NCBI GenBank assembly: GCA_964608455.1
Contig: CAZSNM010000006.1
Coordinates: 1 to 54,975, forward strand
Direction: 5' to 3'
Origin: an uncultured Candidatus Bathyarchaeia archaeon
GTDB taxonomy: Archaea > Thermoproteota > Bathyarchaeia > 40CM-2-53-6 > DTDX01
Length of the DNA: 54,975 nucleotides
The notes beneath the pieces are model-generated. The model did not search any database, was not told the DNA's origin, and saw only the letters and a list, made by a program, of their open reading frames with translations. Position numbers and translations under genes: made by a program. This document shows, in pieces, positions 8,468 through 18,546 of the stretch; position 1 is the first letter of the stretch; each line of letters starts with the position of its first letter.

Positions 8468-9445
8468 TTACATCTCTAGATGGCAGGCTACAAAATGGTT
8501 TTTTTCAACTTCTATAAGTTTAGGTTCTTCTTTTCGGCATATTTCCATAGCATATTCGCATCTAGGATGAAATCTACAACCTGAAGGAGGATTAATTGGG
8601 CTTGGAACATCACCCTTTAAAATTATTTTACTTCTTTTTCTTGTTAATTCAGGATCTGGGATTGGAATTGCTGAAAATAAAGCTTTAGTATATGGATGAA
8701 GCTGCTTAGAAAATAAATCTTTATCAGCTAATTCAACAATTTTACCAAGATACATTACAGCTATTCTATTGCTTACATGCTTTATTACACTTAAATTATG
8801 GGATATAAAAAGGTATGTAAGTTTAAGCTCTTGCTGTAAATCCATTAATAAATTAAGGATTTGAGCTTGAACAGAAACATCTAAGGAGGATGTTGGTTCA
8901 TCTAAAACAATAAATTTTGGTTTAAGAGCTAAGGCTTTAGCTATGCAAATTCTTTGTCTTTGTCCCCCACTAAATTCATGGGGAAAACGATTTAAATGAT
9001 CTTCGCTTAAACCAACCTTTAAAAGAAGTTCAAGAACCTTTTCATGTAACTCTCTTTTTTTAGCTAGATCATGAATTAAAAGAGGTTCTCCAACAATATT
9101 TTTTATTGTCCATCTAGGGTTAAGCGAGGCATAAGGATCTTGAAAAACAATTTGCATTTCACGCCTAAACTTTCTCATTTCGGAATTAGGTAAATTAGTT
9201 ATATTAATGCCATTAAATATTATTTCGCCTTCAGTAGGCTCTATTAACCTTAAAATGCATCGCCCCACAGTTGTTTTTCCGCAACCTGATTCACCAACTA
9301 AACCTAAAGTTTCACCTTTTTTTAGGTTAAAGCTAACACCATCAACAGCATAAACATAACCTTTAATTTTTCCTAAAACACCTTCCTTAATTGGAAAAAG
9401 CTTTTTTAATCCCTTTACTTCCAAAATAACACCATTATTAACCAA
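8468..9445 (-). CDS. oppF: oligopeptide/dipeptide ABC transporter ATP-binding subunit
   Basis: GESGCGKT, FSGGQRQR, LDEPT, C-terminal HPYT/CRFHPRC Fe-S domain. Confidence 0.93.
   Translation of the reverse strand: MVNNGVILEVKGLKKLFPIKEGVLGKIKGYVYAVDGVSFNLKKGETLGLVGESGCGKTTVGRCILRLIEPTEGEIIFNGINITNLPNSEMRKFRREMQIVFQDPYASLNPRWTIKNIVGEPLLIHDLAKKRELHEKVLELLLKVGLSEDHLNRFPHEFSGGQRQRICIAKALALKPKFIVLDEPTSSLDVSVQAQILNLLMDLQQELKLTYLFISHNLSVIKHVSNRIAVMYLGKIVELADKDLFSKQLHPYTKALFSAIPIPDPELTRKRSKIILKGDVPSPINPPSGCRFHPRCEYAMEICRKEEPKLIEVEKNHFVACHLEM
8478..8609. repeat. 132-bp identical direct repeat, copy 1 (oppF 3' end)
   Basis: Identical by eye to 9462..9593. Confidence 0.9.
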
Positions 9446-9451
9446 AATAAA

Positions 9452-10573
9452 TCACCCATAAAGATGGCAGGCTACAAAATGGTTTTTTTCAACTTCTATA
9501 AGTTTAGGTTCTTCTTTTCGGCATATTTCCATAGCATATTCGCATCTAGGATGAAATCTACAACCTGAAGGAGGATTAATTGGGCTTGGAACAAAACCTG
9601 GAATAATTTTTAATCTTAATGGATTACCATAAAGCTTTGGAGTAGCATTTAAAAGCCCTTTAGTATATGGATGAAGGGAACTTTTAAATAAGGAAAATGT
9701 ATCTGCTTCTTCAATAATAAGCCCAGCATACATTACGGCAACTCTATCGCATACTTCAGCAACAATTCCTAAATCATGAGTTATCATAAGAATTGATGTT
9801 TCAACTTCTTTTTTAATTTCATTTAATAAATTAAGGATTTGAGCTTGAATAGTTACATCTAAAGCTGTTGTAGCTTCATCAGCTATAAGCAAGTCTGGTT
9901 TGCATGAAAGAGCCATAGCTATCATAGCTCTTTGCCTCATTCCACCGCTAAGCTCATGAGGATATTGCGTTACAACTTTCTCTGGAGAAGGCATTTTTAC
10001 AAGCCTTAAGGCTTCAACAGCTTTTTTTAATGCTACCTTTTTAATTTCCTTTTTAGATGGATTTGGAGGATTATTTAATGCTTTTTTAAGCTCTTCAATT
10101 TTAGCTTTTAATTTTTCATTTGGTTTTTTCTCAAGTTTCTTCATTAATTCCTCTATCTTCATTTCTAAAACATCCTTTTTTAAATCTTGATGAAGCATTA
10201 TTACTTCAGCTATTTGCTCACCTATTGTTAAAACAGGGTTTATATATGTGGCTGGATCTTGGAAAACCATAGCTATTTCTTTTCCTCTAATTTTACGCAT
10301 TTCCTCATCAGTTAATTTTAGTAAATCCCTTCCCTTAAACCATATTTCCCCTTCTATAATTTTTCCAGGAGGTTGAATAAGCCTTAAAATTGATAGTGAT
10401 GTAATAGATTTTCCACATCCTGTTTCTCCAACAAGACCCATTGTTTCCCCTTTGTAAACATCAAGATTAACACCATCTAAAGCTTTAACAACCCCAGCAT
10501 ATGTAAAAAAGTATGTTTTTAAATTTCTTATTTTTAATAGGGTTTCAGGCATTTTACTTAATTTTACCTCCAT
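9452..10573 (-). CDS. oppD: oligopeptide/dipeptide ABC transporter ATP-binding subunit
   Basis: GETGCGKS, LSGGMRQR, IADEAT, HPYT/CRFHPRC domain. Confidence 0.93.
   Translation of the reverse strand: MEVKLSKMPETLLKIRNLKTYFFTYAGVVKALDGVNLDVYKGETMGLVGETGCGKSITSLSILRLIQPPGKIIEGEIWFKGRDLLKLTDEEMRKIRGKEIAMVFQDPATYINPVLTIGEQIAEVIMLHQDLKKDVLEMKIEELMKKLEKKPNEKLKAKIEELKKALNNPPNPSKKEIKKVALKKAVEALRLVKMPSPEKVVTQYPHELSGGMRQRAMIAMALSCKPDLLIADEATTALDVTIQAQILNLLNEIKKEVETSILMITHDLGIVAEVCDRVAVMYAGLIIEEADTFSLFKSSLHPYTKGLLNATPKLYGNPLRLKIIPGFVPSPINPPSGCRFHPRCEYAMEICRKEEPKLIEVEKNHFVACHLYG
9462..9593. repeat. 132-bp identical direct repeat, copy 2 (oppD 3' end)
   Basis: Identical by eye to 8478..8609. Confidence 0.9.
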
Positions 10574-10584
10574 GAAAAGGCTTT

Positions 10585-11478
10585 TTATCTTCTGAGCCTT
10601 GGATCAAGAACATCTCTTAAACCGTCTCCAACCAAATTTAAAGCTAATGAGCTTAATAAAATTGCTAAACCTGGAAAAGTGGCCATCCATGGAGCTTGAA
10701 ATAAATAGTTTCTTCCATCAGATATCATTCTTCCCCATTCAGCTATTCCAGCTCCAGCACCAAAACCTATAAAGCTTAAGCCAGCAGCTGTTAAAATAAC
10801 TGAGCCTAAATCTAAGGTGGCATTAACTAAAAGCGGATAAATAACATTTGGAAGAATATGCTTAAATATTATTCGTGTATTTTTAGCGCCTATAGCTTTA
10901 GCAGCTTCAACATAAAGTTTTTCCCTTTCAGAAAGTACAACTCCTCTAATTAATCTTGCATAGCTTGGCCACCAAACAACTATAAGCGCTATAGTTAAGT
11001 TTATAAGGTTTCTTCCAAGTGCAGCAGCAATAGCCATAGCTAAAATTAAACCTGGAAAAGCTAAAAAAACATCTGTAACTCTCATTAAAGCTTCATCAAT
11101 TTTGCCACCCATATAACCTGAAATAGCACCTATAACAGACCCTATTATAGCAGCTGATCCAACAACAGTTAAAGCTATTGAAAGATCTATGCGAGCACCC
11201 CAAATTACTCTGCTGAAAATATCTCCACCATTTTCATCTGTTCCAAATAAATGTTTAAAGCTTGGAGGCTGCATTTGCTCAGCCCAAATTCTTTCTTCAG
11301 GTCCATAGGGAGCTATCCAAGGTGCAAATATAGCTGCAATAATAAATATAGATATTATTATAAATCCAGCTATTACTAATGGACTTTGCTTTAAAAGATA
11401 AATTATAAATTTGAATTCTCGCCATTGAGGCTCTAAATCTTTAATCAATGAATTTAAAAAGTTTTTACGTATATTCAA
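10585..11478 (-). CDS. oppC: peptide ABC transporter permease
   Basis: HLFGTDENGGDIFSR, YVEAAKAIGA (EAA loop), GDGLRDVLDPR. Confidence 0.93.
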   Translation of the reverse strand: MNIRKNFLNSLIKDLEPQWREFKFIIYLLKQSPLVIAGFIIISIFIIAAIFAPWIAPYGPEERIWAEQMQPPSFKHLFGTDENGGDIFSRVIWGARIDLSIALTVVGSAAIIGSVIGAISGYMGGKIDEALMRVTDVFLAFPGLILAMAIAAALGRNLINLTIALIVVWWPSYARLIRGVVLSEREKLYVEAAKAIGAKNTRIIFKHILPNVIYPLLVNATLDLGSVILTAAGLSFIGFGAGAGIAEWGRMISDGRNYLFQAPWMATFPGLAILLSSLALNLVGDGLRDVLDPRLRR

Positions 11479-11481
11479 ATT

Positions 11482-12522
11482 TTATCCCAACCTTATTCTT
11501 GGATCAAGAATTGCATATAAAACATCAACAATTAAATTAGCTAAAACATAGATTATGGCTATAAGAAGAGTAAAACCCATTATTCCACCTATATCTGAAG
11601 TTAAAATAGCTTGAGTTGACCATCTTCCAACTCCGGGCCAAGCAAAAACTGTTTCTGTTAAAACAGCTCCAGAAAGCAATCCTCCAAAAGCTAAACCTGC
11701 AACTGTTACAGTTGGGATCATAGCATTTCTTAAAGCATGCTTATAAATTACAATTTTCTCAGGTAAACCCTTTGATCTAGCTAAAATAATATAATCTTGC
11801 CTTAAAACCTCAAGCATGCTAGCTCGCATCATTCTGGCTATTAAGGCTAAAGTAACATAAGAAAGACAAAAAGCAGGCATTATAATATGTTCTAAAGCGC
11901 TTTTAAAAGCATATGGATTTAAACTTATTAAGCTATCAAGCAAAAGCAAACCAGTCACTTGCTTAACTGGATGCTGAATAGCTATAAATGGATCTATTCT
12001 TTGAGATAAAGGAAGATAAGGTAAACCATGAACTTTAAATTGATAATAGAAAATGTATTGAAGGAGAAGTCCGAGCCAAAAAACAGGCATTGAAACACCA
12101 GTTAAAGCAAAAACTCTAACAACATGATCTATAGGCTTATCTTTTTTTGTAGCTGAAATTATCCCTATAGGAATACCCATTAAAAGGCTTAAACTCATAG
12201 CTACAATTGTTAATTCAAGAGTGGCTGGAAAATAATTTCTAATAGATTCAATCACCGGCCTATTAGAATCTGATCTTGAAATACCCCAGTCTCCACGAAG
12301 CAAATCCCTTAAATAATAAAGATATTGAATATAAATGGGTTTATCTAAACCATGCGCTTTAATTATTAATTGAATTCTTTCCTCAGAAATTTTCTCACTG
12401 GTAACATAAGCGGCTACAGGATCTCCAACTAAATGCGAAAGCGTAAAGGTTAGCATTGAAACTCCAAGCAAAACGGGAAGAAAAAGAATTAAACGTCTAA
12501 TAATGTAATCTCGCATTTTCAT
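11482..12522 (-). CDS. oppB: peptide ABC transporter permease
   Basis: GLDKPIYIQY, PATLEL, ARSKGL, KHALRNA, ETVFAWPG, LDPRIR. Confidence 0.93.
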   Translation of the reverse strand: MKMRDYIIRRLILFLPVLLGVSMLTFTLSHLVGDPVAAYVTSEKISEERIQLIIKAHGLDKPIYIQYLYYLRDLLRGDWGISRSDSNRPVIESIRNYFPATLELTIVAMSLSLLMGIPIGIISATKKDKPIDHVVRVFALTGVSMPVFWLGLLLQYIFYYQFKVHGLPYLPLSQRIDPFIAIQHPVKQVTGLLLLDSLISLNPYAFKSALEHIIMPAFCLSYVTLALIARMMRASMLEVLRQDYIILARSKGLPEKIVIYKHALRNAMIPTVTVAGLAFGGLLSGAVLTETVFAWPGVGRWSTQAILTSDIGGIMGFTLLIAIIYVLANLIVDVLYAILDPRIRLG

Positions 12523-12623
12523 TGAAGCTTTCGCCTTAACAAAAAGAAGTTAAAATCATAAATATATGCTTATTGGTTTTTTCAGGTTTAAAGGCTTAAA
12601 ATAGAAAAAATAAATAAAAAGAG

Positions 12624-14552
12624 TTAAACAAATTCTTTAACTATTTCTGGGTTTACCATATTAACTGCTATAAGCGGAGAGAATCTAAAACCATTTATAT
12701 TAACGGCTACTTGCTCTGTGGTTTCTTCCTTCCACATAAATCGCATACATCCGGTATCTGGACCAGACCACATTGGATTATAGAAATAGCCTTTAACCCA
12801 ATCTCTGGCTACATGAAGTGTTTTAGCTTGAGTAACCCAAATGTAAACAGCTTCCTCTATTAATTCACGTTGAATTTCACGGTAAAGCTCAACACGTTTA
12901 TTTGGATCTTGCTCTTTAGCAGCTTGCTCAACCAATGCATCTATAGTTTCATTTGCATATCCTATTCTTTTAGCGAAAACTCCCATTTTTGAGTGAGCAT
13001 AGGTAGCTACATAATTGTCTGGATCAGCGTAATCTGGTTGCCAACCAATAAAGAATATTGGTAATTCTTGAGCCCTCATTTTAGCAAGGTAAGTTGGCCA
13101 ATCAAGTTCTTGAACATCTATAGAAATGCCAACGTTAAGCTTTTCAATTCCATCTTTAAATAGTAAGCATGCCCTGCGCCTAGCTTCATTTCCAGCATTA
13201 TAGTAAAGCGTTATTTTAAGTCCATCCTCATATGCACCTTCAGCTTTAGCTTTTAAAAAGTATTCTTTAGCTTTTTCAGGATTATACTTAAATTGGAATA
13301 ATGTTTCATCATAGCCAAGCAAACCTTTAGGTATAGGACCTCTACCTTGCTCAGCTAATCCATAAGCCACAGTGTTTATATAAGTATCGTAATCAAATAT
13401 GTATGATAAACCGTATCTAAAGTTTTTGTTTGTTAAAGCTCTTTTTATTACTGGATCGGGGGGATTTAAGTTTATTTCAAACCCTCCAATCGCTAATGAA
13501 TCATAAACTTCTACAACTATTCCTTTCTTTAATGGAACTATTTTACGTTCATTAAGCCATGGATCCTTCTCAATTATATCGAATAGGTTGGATGATGGAA
13601 CAACTACGCTATCTGCTTCTCCAGAGAATAAAGCTAAAAGCCTTGTTCCAGCTTCAGTAACCTGCTGGAAAATTACACGTTTTATTTTTGGAGGTTCACG
13701 CCAATAATTTTCATTAGCTTCAAGAACTATTCTAGTTTTAGGTGTCCATTCAACAACTTTATATGGCCCTGTTCCACATGTATGAGTATTCATATATTCA
13801 TTATGGAAGCCTGGTTTATCAAGTCCAAAGGGTGGAAACTCTTTTGGATCACTCCACCATCCCTTTTCTGAATGAGCTAAAACAAATGATGGGGAAACTA
13901 TGGCTCCAGGTCCACCATAACATAGCATAGATAAGAAAGCTGCTGAAGGATACTCAAGAGTTATCTGCACAGTATAATCATCTATAACTTTTATTCCTTC
14001 TGCAGCCAGGTATTTTTTAACATACTCCTTCATTTCTGTTTCATTTTCATTTTGCCATGTGTTAGCATTCATATATTCTGGACCACCTTTAATTATTTGT
14101 GCCAATATCCAAGCTGGACCATCAGGATCATTCATTAAAATTACTCTATCTAGCGAAAATTTAACAGCTGAAGCATTTAATGGTGTTCCATCATGGAATT
14201 TTATTCCCTTTCTTATATGAAAAGTGTAAACTAAACCGTCTGGAGAGATTTCCCAGCTTTCGGCTAATTCAGGAACAATTGTTAATTTATCTTTATCGTA
14301 ATAAACAAGTCTTTCATATACAAGCTCTAACACTTCGCCACCAGCAGTTTCATAATCCCAAGCTGGATCTAGAGAATCTGCATCCCCAATAGTTTGGTAA
14401 ACAAAAGTATCAGGATTGGGTACTTTCAACTTGGGTTTTAAGCTTGGCAAATAATAGTAATAGTAGCCGCCTACAGCAGCAGCTATCACTATAATTATAA
14501 GCAGAGCTGCAATAATGAGCTTTCCACTTACACCCTTTTTAGATTCACTCAT
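12624..14552 (-). CDS. oppA: peptide ABC transporter substrate-binding protein (family 5)
   Basis: N-terminal TM anchor, SLDPA, LAESWEISPDGLVYTFHIRKG, GTGPY, GWQPDYADPD. Confidence 0.93.
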   Translation of the reverse strand: MSESKKGVSGKLIIAALLIIIVIAAAVGGYYYYYLPSLKPKLKVPNPDTFVYQTIGDADSLDPAWDYETAGGEVLELVYERLVYYDKDKLTIVPELAESWEISPDGLVYTFHIRKGIKFHDGTPLNASAVKFSLDRVILMNDPDGPAWILAQIIKGGPEYMNANTWQNENETEMKEYVKKYLAAEGIKVIDDYTVQITLEYPSAAFLSMLCYGGPGAIVSPSFVLAHSEKGWWSDPKEFPPFGLDKPGFHNEYMNTHTCGTGPYKVVEWTPKTRIVLEANENYWREPPKIKRVIFQQVTEAGTRLLALFSGEADSVVVPSSNLFDIIEKDPWLNERKIVPLKKGIVVEVYDSLAIGGFEINLNPPDPVIKRALTNKNFRYGLSYIFDYDTYINTVAYGLAEQGRGPIPKGLLGYDETLFQFKYNPEKAKEYFLKAKAEGAYEDGLKITLYYNAGNEARRRACLLFKDGIEKLNVGISIDVQELDWPTYLAKMRAQELPIFFIGWQPDYADPDNYVATYAHSKMGVFAKRIGYANETIDALVEQAAKEQDPNKRVELYREIQRELIEEAVYIWVTQAKTLHVARDWVKGYFYNPMWSGPDTGCMRFMWKEETTEQVAVNINGFRFSPLIAVNMVNPEIVKEFV

Positions 14553-14618
14553 TTTATTTTCACCTAATTCTTTTTTTTAAAATAGTTTTATTTATGGAAA
14601 TAAATTCTCTTTTTAATC

Positions 14619-14645
14619 TCTATATAAGGTCTATATAAGGTTTTT
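14619..14645 (-). promoter_or_regulatory. tandemly duplicated TATA box upstream of the opp operon
   Basis: Minus strand AAAAA-CCTTATATAGA-CCTTATATAGA: A-rich BRE plus an exact 11-bp duplication. Confidence 0.5.
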
Positions 14646-14755
14646 CATATACTAAGAGTATTACCTAAAATTGTTGCATAAAATTGATTGTAAAAATTAA
14701 AAATTTAAAAAATTAAATAACCTTGGATACAATTAAATTAATGTAGCAATGAAAA

Positions 14756-15565
14756 TTGTCCAGCAAAAGGATTTTTAATAAAAAATTTGTTTTTTTCGCT
14801 TTTTTAATGGTTGCCTTTAGCATTGTTGATTCTTACTACACAATCGTTTCAATGACCAAATATGGAATTTCTGGAGAAAAAAATCCAATTACTTTATTTT
14901 TGTTTAATTTAGGATTAGATAAATTATGGATAATTGTAAATACAGTTTTAGGGTTTACAGTAGTAGTTGTATTTTTTCTTTTTATAGGTTATTTACAGGG
15001 TAATTTTAAGCATTTAGCTATAGGCTTTTTTTCACTTTTATTAACAATTAAAGTATTAATAAGCATTTATTATATATGCTTTTTTCATTTCTCTTTTAAT
15101 CCTTCCTTAATTAATTTAGGAATTTTAATTTTTGCATTAATAACTTTAGTATTACTGCCTAGACAGGAATTTATCAATTTTTTCAAAAAGATTTTAAATA
15201 TATTAAATGAGTTAATGCTGACTTTTAATTTATTAAACCTTAAATTTAAACCAAAAATGAAGGGATATATTAACATTAAACAAAAACAAGCTAAAAAGAA
15301 TAAAGGTAGATTGAGGAATGGAAAATTATGGATTTCATTAGCACTAGCAATTTTATGTCCATTTATTACGTTAAGCTTGCTTCAACTTTTTTGGAGAATT
15401 AGCAAGATTCAAGAATTACCAAAATGGCTTAAAGGTTTAGGAATTGTAACACAAATGCAAGGCATATTATATATTGCCGCATTTATTTTAATACTTATTA
15501 TGTTAACGATTATGGTTTATTTAATAGTAACAATTTTCGAAGCCTTTAGTAAAAATGAAGGGTAA
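14756..15565 (+). CDS. multi-pass membrane protein (DUF5658-like N-terminus)
   Basis: D-x-x-x-T...E-x-NP motif (VDSYYT..GEKNPI) and several hydrophobic helices. Confidence 0.6.
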   Translation: MSSKRIFNKKFVFFAFLMVAFSIVDSYYTIVSMTKYGISGEKNPITLFLFNLGLDKLWIIVNTVLGFTVVVVFFLFIGYLQGNFKHLAIGFFSLLLTIKVLISIYYICFFHFSFNPSLINLGILIFALITLVLLPRQEFINFFKKILNILNELMLTFNLLNLKFKPKMKGYINIKQKQAKKNKGRLRNGKLWISLALAILCPFITLSLLQLFWRISKIQELPKWLKGLGIVTQMQGILYIAAFILILIMLTIMVYLIVTIFEAFSKNEG

Positions 15566-15719
15566 ATCTTTATATATGTTAAATTAGTTTAGCTAAATAA
15601 GTTTTTAGCATCTAAAGCAATTAATTATTATTTAAATTAATTTTTAAAAATTAGATATAATTTTAATGAATTTCCTTTTCATAAAATTTCATAAAATTCA
15701 AAAATAAAAGGTGAAGTTT

Positions 15720-17012
15720 TTGGCTGAAGACATGTTCCTTTCAAGCTTCATTGAGGAGGTAAATAAAATTTCAAATTTAACTTTAAAAGTAGAACCTCAA
15801 GAAAGATTCAAAAAAATTTATGAAGAGTTATGGATAGATTTTGATTCTATTTTTCCTTTAAATTTTAATTTTATGGTTTGTGATGGAAGTAAAGGAGTAA
15901 CAGAGTTTCAAGGTGGAATTAAAGTTTTATATGCTAGAGCTTTAGTTCATTTTTTTAAAGCTCAAACATTTATGGATAAATTTGTAGAAAACAAAATTTT
16001 TGTTGATCATCTTCTTCAAAAAGAAGATTCATATATGAAAGCTGTTGAATTAATTGCGCTTAAAAAAGCTTTAGAGAAAGTTGATGATGTTTTAGCGATT
16101 TATGATGGATCGCTTTATCCCACCTTTCCTTTATCAGCCTTAAATAATAAAAAAATAGCCAAAGCTAAAATAGAAGAGTTTAAAGCTTTAGTAGCGCTTT
16201 ATAAGCAATCCTATGAAAAAAATCAGGTTTTAGTTGGATTATGCAAGGATAGCAACGTAAGTTATATTAGAGCTAGAGCATTAATTGAGCAACTAAAGGT
16301 TGAAAATCCTAAGTTAGGCGAGGAAATTTCAAAACAAATATATCCATCTAGAATAGCTAAAAAATTAAGGAAAATGGTTGAGGATGAAGCTAATGAAAAT
16401 ATAAAGAAGCTTTTAGAAAGTTACTGTTGTGAATTTGAGTTGAAAACCTCTGATGAAGAAGTTTTTAGTAACTTAAATTTAAAGCCTGGATTTACAACAC
16501 CTTTAATTTTAGCTCCTCAAACACTCTATTTAGAGGCGAAGTATGAAGAAAAAAGAAATTGGTGGAATTCAATATTTAGAGATAAAATGATTAAATCAAA
16601 AAATGATTTTCTTCGTGAAATTGCTAATTTGCTTGATGAAATTTATAGTTTGCCACCTTTAGCTACAATTTGCTGGAAACCTCATCATGGACTTGAAGTA
16701 TATAGAGTTGATATAGCAGGATGGAGCTTAAGAATAAAGGAGAAAAGCGGGGATTTAACTGAAAACATATTTATTAAAAATGAGGAGATTCTTAAATATT
16801 GTAAAGAAGTTGTTGCAAAACTTAATACATTAAGCTCAACCCCAACAGTGTTAAAACCTTTAACAGATGTTGACTCTCTTGTTAGAATTGATAATTCAAT
16901 TTATAGAAGTGTTTACGAGCCGATTCTTATTAATGCGCTTAAAAAAGCAGGTTTAAAGGCTAAACTAAGAAAAAGAAGGTTTAGAGAAATTTTGTTAAGG
17001 AGAATGAGTTAA
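15720..17012 (+). CDS. nurA: NurA 5'-3' nuclease
   Basis: VCDGS, IYDGSL, GLCKDS motifs; first gene of the herA-mre11-rad50 cluster. Start placed at TTG 15720 after RBS GGTGA. Confidence 0.85.
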   Translation: MAEDMFLSSFIEEVNKISNLTLKVEPQERFKKIYEELWIDFDSIFPLNFNFMVCDGSKGVTEFQGGIKVLYARALVHFFKAQTFMDKFVENKIFVDHLLQKEDSYMKAVELIALKKALEKVDDVLAIYDGSLYPTFPLSALNNKKIAKAKIEEFKALVALYKQSYEKNQVLVGLCKDSNVSYIRARALIEQLKVENPKLGEEISKQIYPSRIAKKLRKMVEDEANENIKKLLESYCCEFELKTSDEEVFSNLNLKPGFTTPLILAPQTLYLEAKYEEKRNWWNSIFRDKMIKSKNDFLREIANLLDEIYSLPPLATICWKPHHGLEVYRVDIAGWSLRIKEKSGDLTENIFIKNEEILKYCKEVVAKLNTLSSTPTVLKPLTDVDSLVRIDNSIYRSVYEPILINALKKAGLKAKLRKRRFREILLRRMS

Positions 17013-17013
17013 A

Positions 17014-18546
17014 ATGAATAGAGAAAGTATAGGTTTTGTTCTTGATGGAGCCACCCCTCTTCAATTTAGCTTTAAAGTTGAAAAAGGTTTATCAATTCCG
17101 CTTCATGAATATGTTGTAGTTAAAGTAAATGATGGAAGAAAAATTTTAGCTGAAGTTATAAATGTTGGTTCTAAAAATCCCTTAGCTTCAGAAAGACCTG
17201 CTGGAGAAACTTTTGTAAGTGATATTTATAGTTATGAAGTTGCTACAGTTGAGGTTTTAGGATATTTAGATGAAGATGGAAAAATCTCTAAACCTAAAAT
17301 AGCTCCTAAACCAAATACAATTGTTTATAAAGCTTCAGATGAAGAACTTCAAAAGTTTTATTCATTAAATGAAGAAAGAATCCCACTTTTTATTGGAAAC
17401 CTTCTTCATAGACCAAATGTTAAAGTTCCTGTTTTCCTTCAAGATTTAAGCTTTCATTTAGGGATTTTTGCTCAAACTAGAGGGGGAAAATCTTATTTAG
17501 CGGGAATTTTAATTGAAGAAATATTAACTAAAACTTATTTTCCAGTTATAGTTATCGATGTTCATGGAGATTATGTAATGATGGATAGATGTGCTGAAAT
17601 TAATCAAAAACATAATGATTTTCACGTAGTTATTTATTATCCTCCTGGAGCACCTAAAGTTTCAGGAGTAACTGCTGAAGTTAAAGAGCTTAAAATAGGT
17701 TTAAATCAAATTGAGGATGAAGCATTTATAGATATGCTTGGTAGAATTGGAGAATTACAAGAAGCTGCTTTAAGAGAAATACTTGAGGAACTTAAGGAAA
17801 CTGGCAAACCATTTGGATTTGCAGATGTGATAGATAAGGTTAAAGAAAAAATTGATAGCGAAGAAATTAAGGCTGATGATAAAAAAAGATTTAGATCATT
17901 ATATACTAGAATGAAGGGGGCCGAAAAAGATGTTAAACTTCCAGCTGAAAGTTTAACTCTTCAAGAGCTTCTTCAACCTAAAACATTAAGCGTAATATGT
18001 TTAAGAGGTTTAAGATCTAAAGTTCAAGATGCTTACACAGCAATAATTGTTGATTTAATTTTTAATAATCAAGTCAAATATTTTGGGAAAGAGCTTTTAA
18101 AAGCGCCTCCAACCTTTCTTTTTATAGAGGAAGCTCATCGGGTAGCCTCAAAAGAATCAAGCCGCTATGCTGTAAAAGCTTTATCAACAGCTATAAGGGA
18201 AGGGTCAAAATTTGGATTATATCTTTGCTTAATAAGTCAAAGACCAAGAAGTATAAGTCCTGAAATTATGGCTAACATAGGAAATTATGCTGTTTTAAGA
18301 ATAACAAATAATCAAGATCAAAACATTATAGAGGCTGCAAGCGAAAGCTTTAGTCATCGTTTAATAGAGGATTTACCAGCTTTAAATCAAGGTGAAGCAG
18401 TATTAGTTGGACCTTATGTTCCAATTCCAGCCATAGTAAAAACAAGAAAAAGAAGAACTGTGCATTTTGGAGCAACACCAAACCTTTTGGAAATCCAAAA
18501 AAGAATTGTTAATGAGCTTGAGAAAAGAAGGAAGGAAAAATGGTGA
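17014..18546 (+). CDS. herA: HerA helicase/translocase
   Basis: HAS-barrel N-terminus, HLGIFAQTRGGKS, IDVHGDY, IEEAH, REGSKFG, SQRP, LPALNQGEA. Confidence 0.92.
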   Translation: MNRESIGFVLDGATPLQFSFKVEKGLSIPLHEYVVVKVNDGRKILAEVINVGSKNPLASERPAGETFVSDIYSYEVATVEVLGYLDEDGKISKPKIAPKPNTIVYKASDEELQKFYSLNEERIPLFIGNLLHRPNVKVPVFLQDLSFHLGIFAQTRGGKSYLAGILIEEILTKTYFPVIVIDVHGDYVMMDRCAEINQKHNDFHVVIYYPPGAPKVSGVTAEVKELKIGLNQIEDEAFIDMLGRIGELQEAALREILEELKETGKPFGFADVIDKVKEKIDSEEIKADDKKRFRSLYTRMKGAEKDVKLPAESLTLQELLQPKTLSVICLRGLRSKVQDAYTAIIVDLIFNNQVKYFGKELLKAPPTFLFIEEAHRVASKESSRYAVKALSTAIREGSKFGLYLCLISQRPRSISPEIMANIGNYAVLRITNNQDQNIIEAASESFSHRLIEDLPALNQGEAVLVGPYVPIPAIVKTRKRRTVHFGATPNLLEIQKRIVNELEKRRKEKW

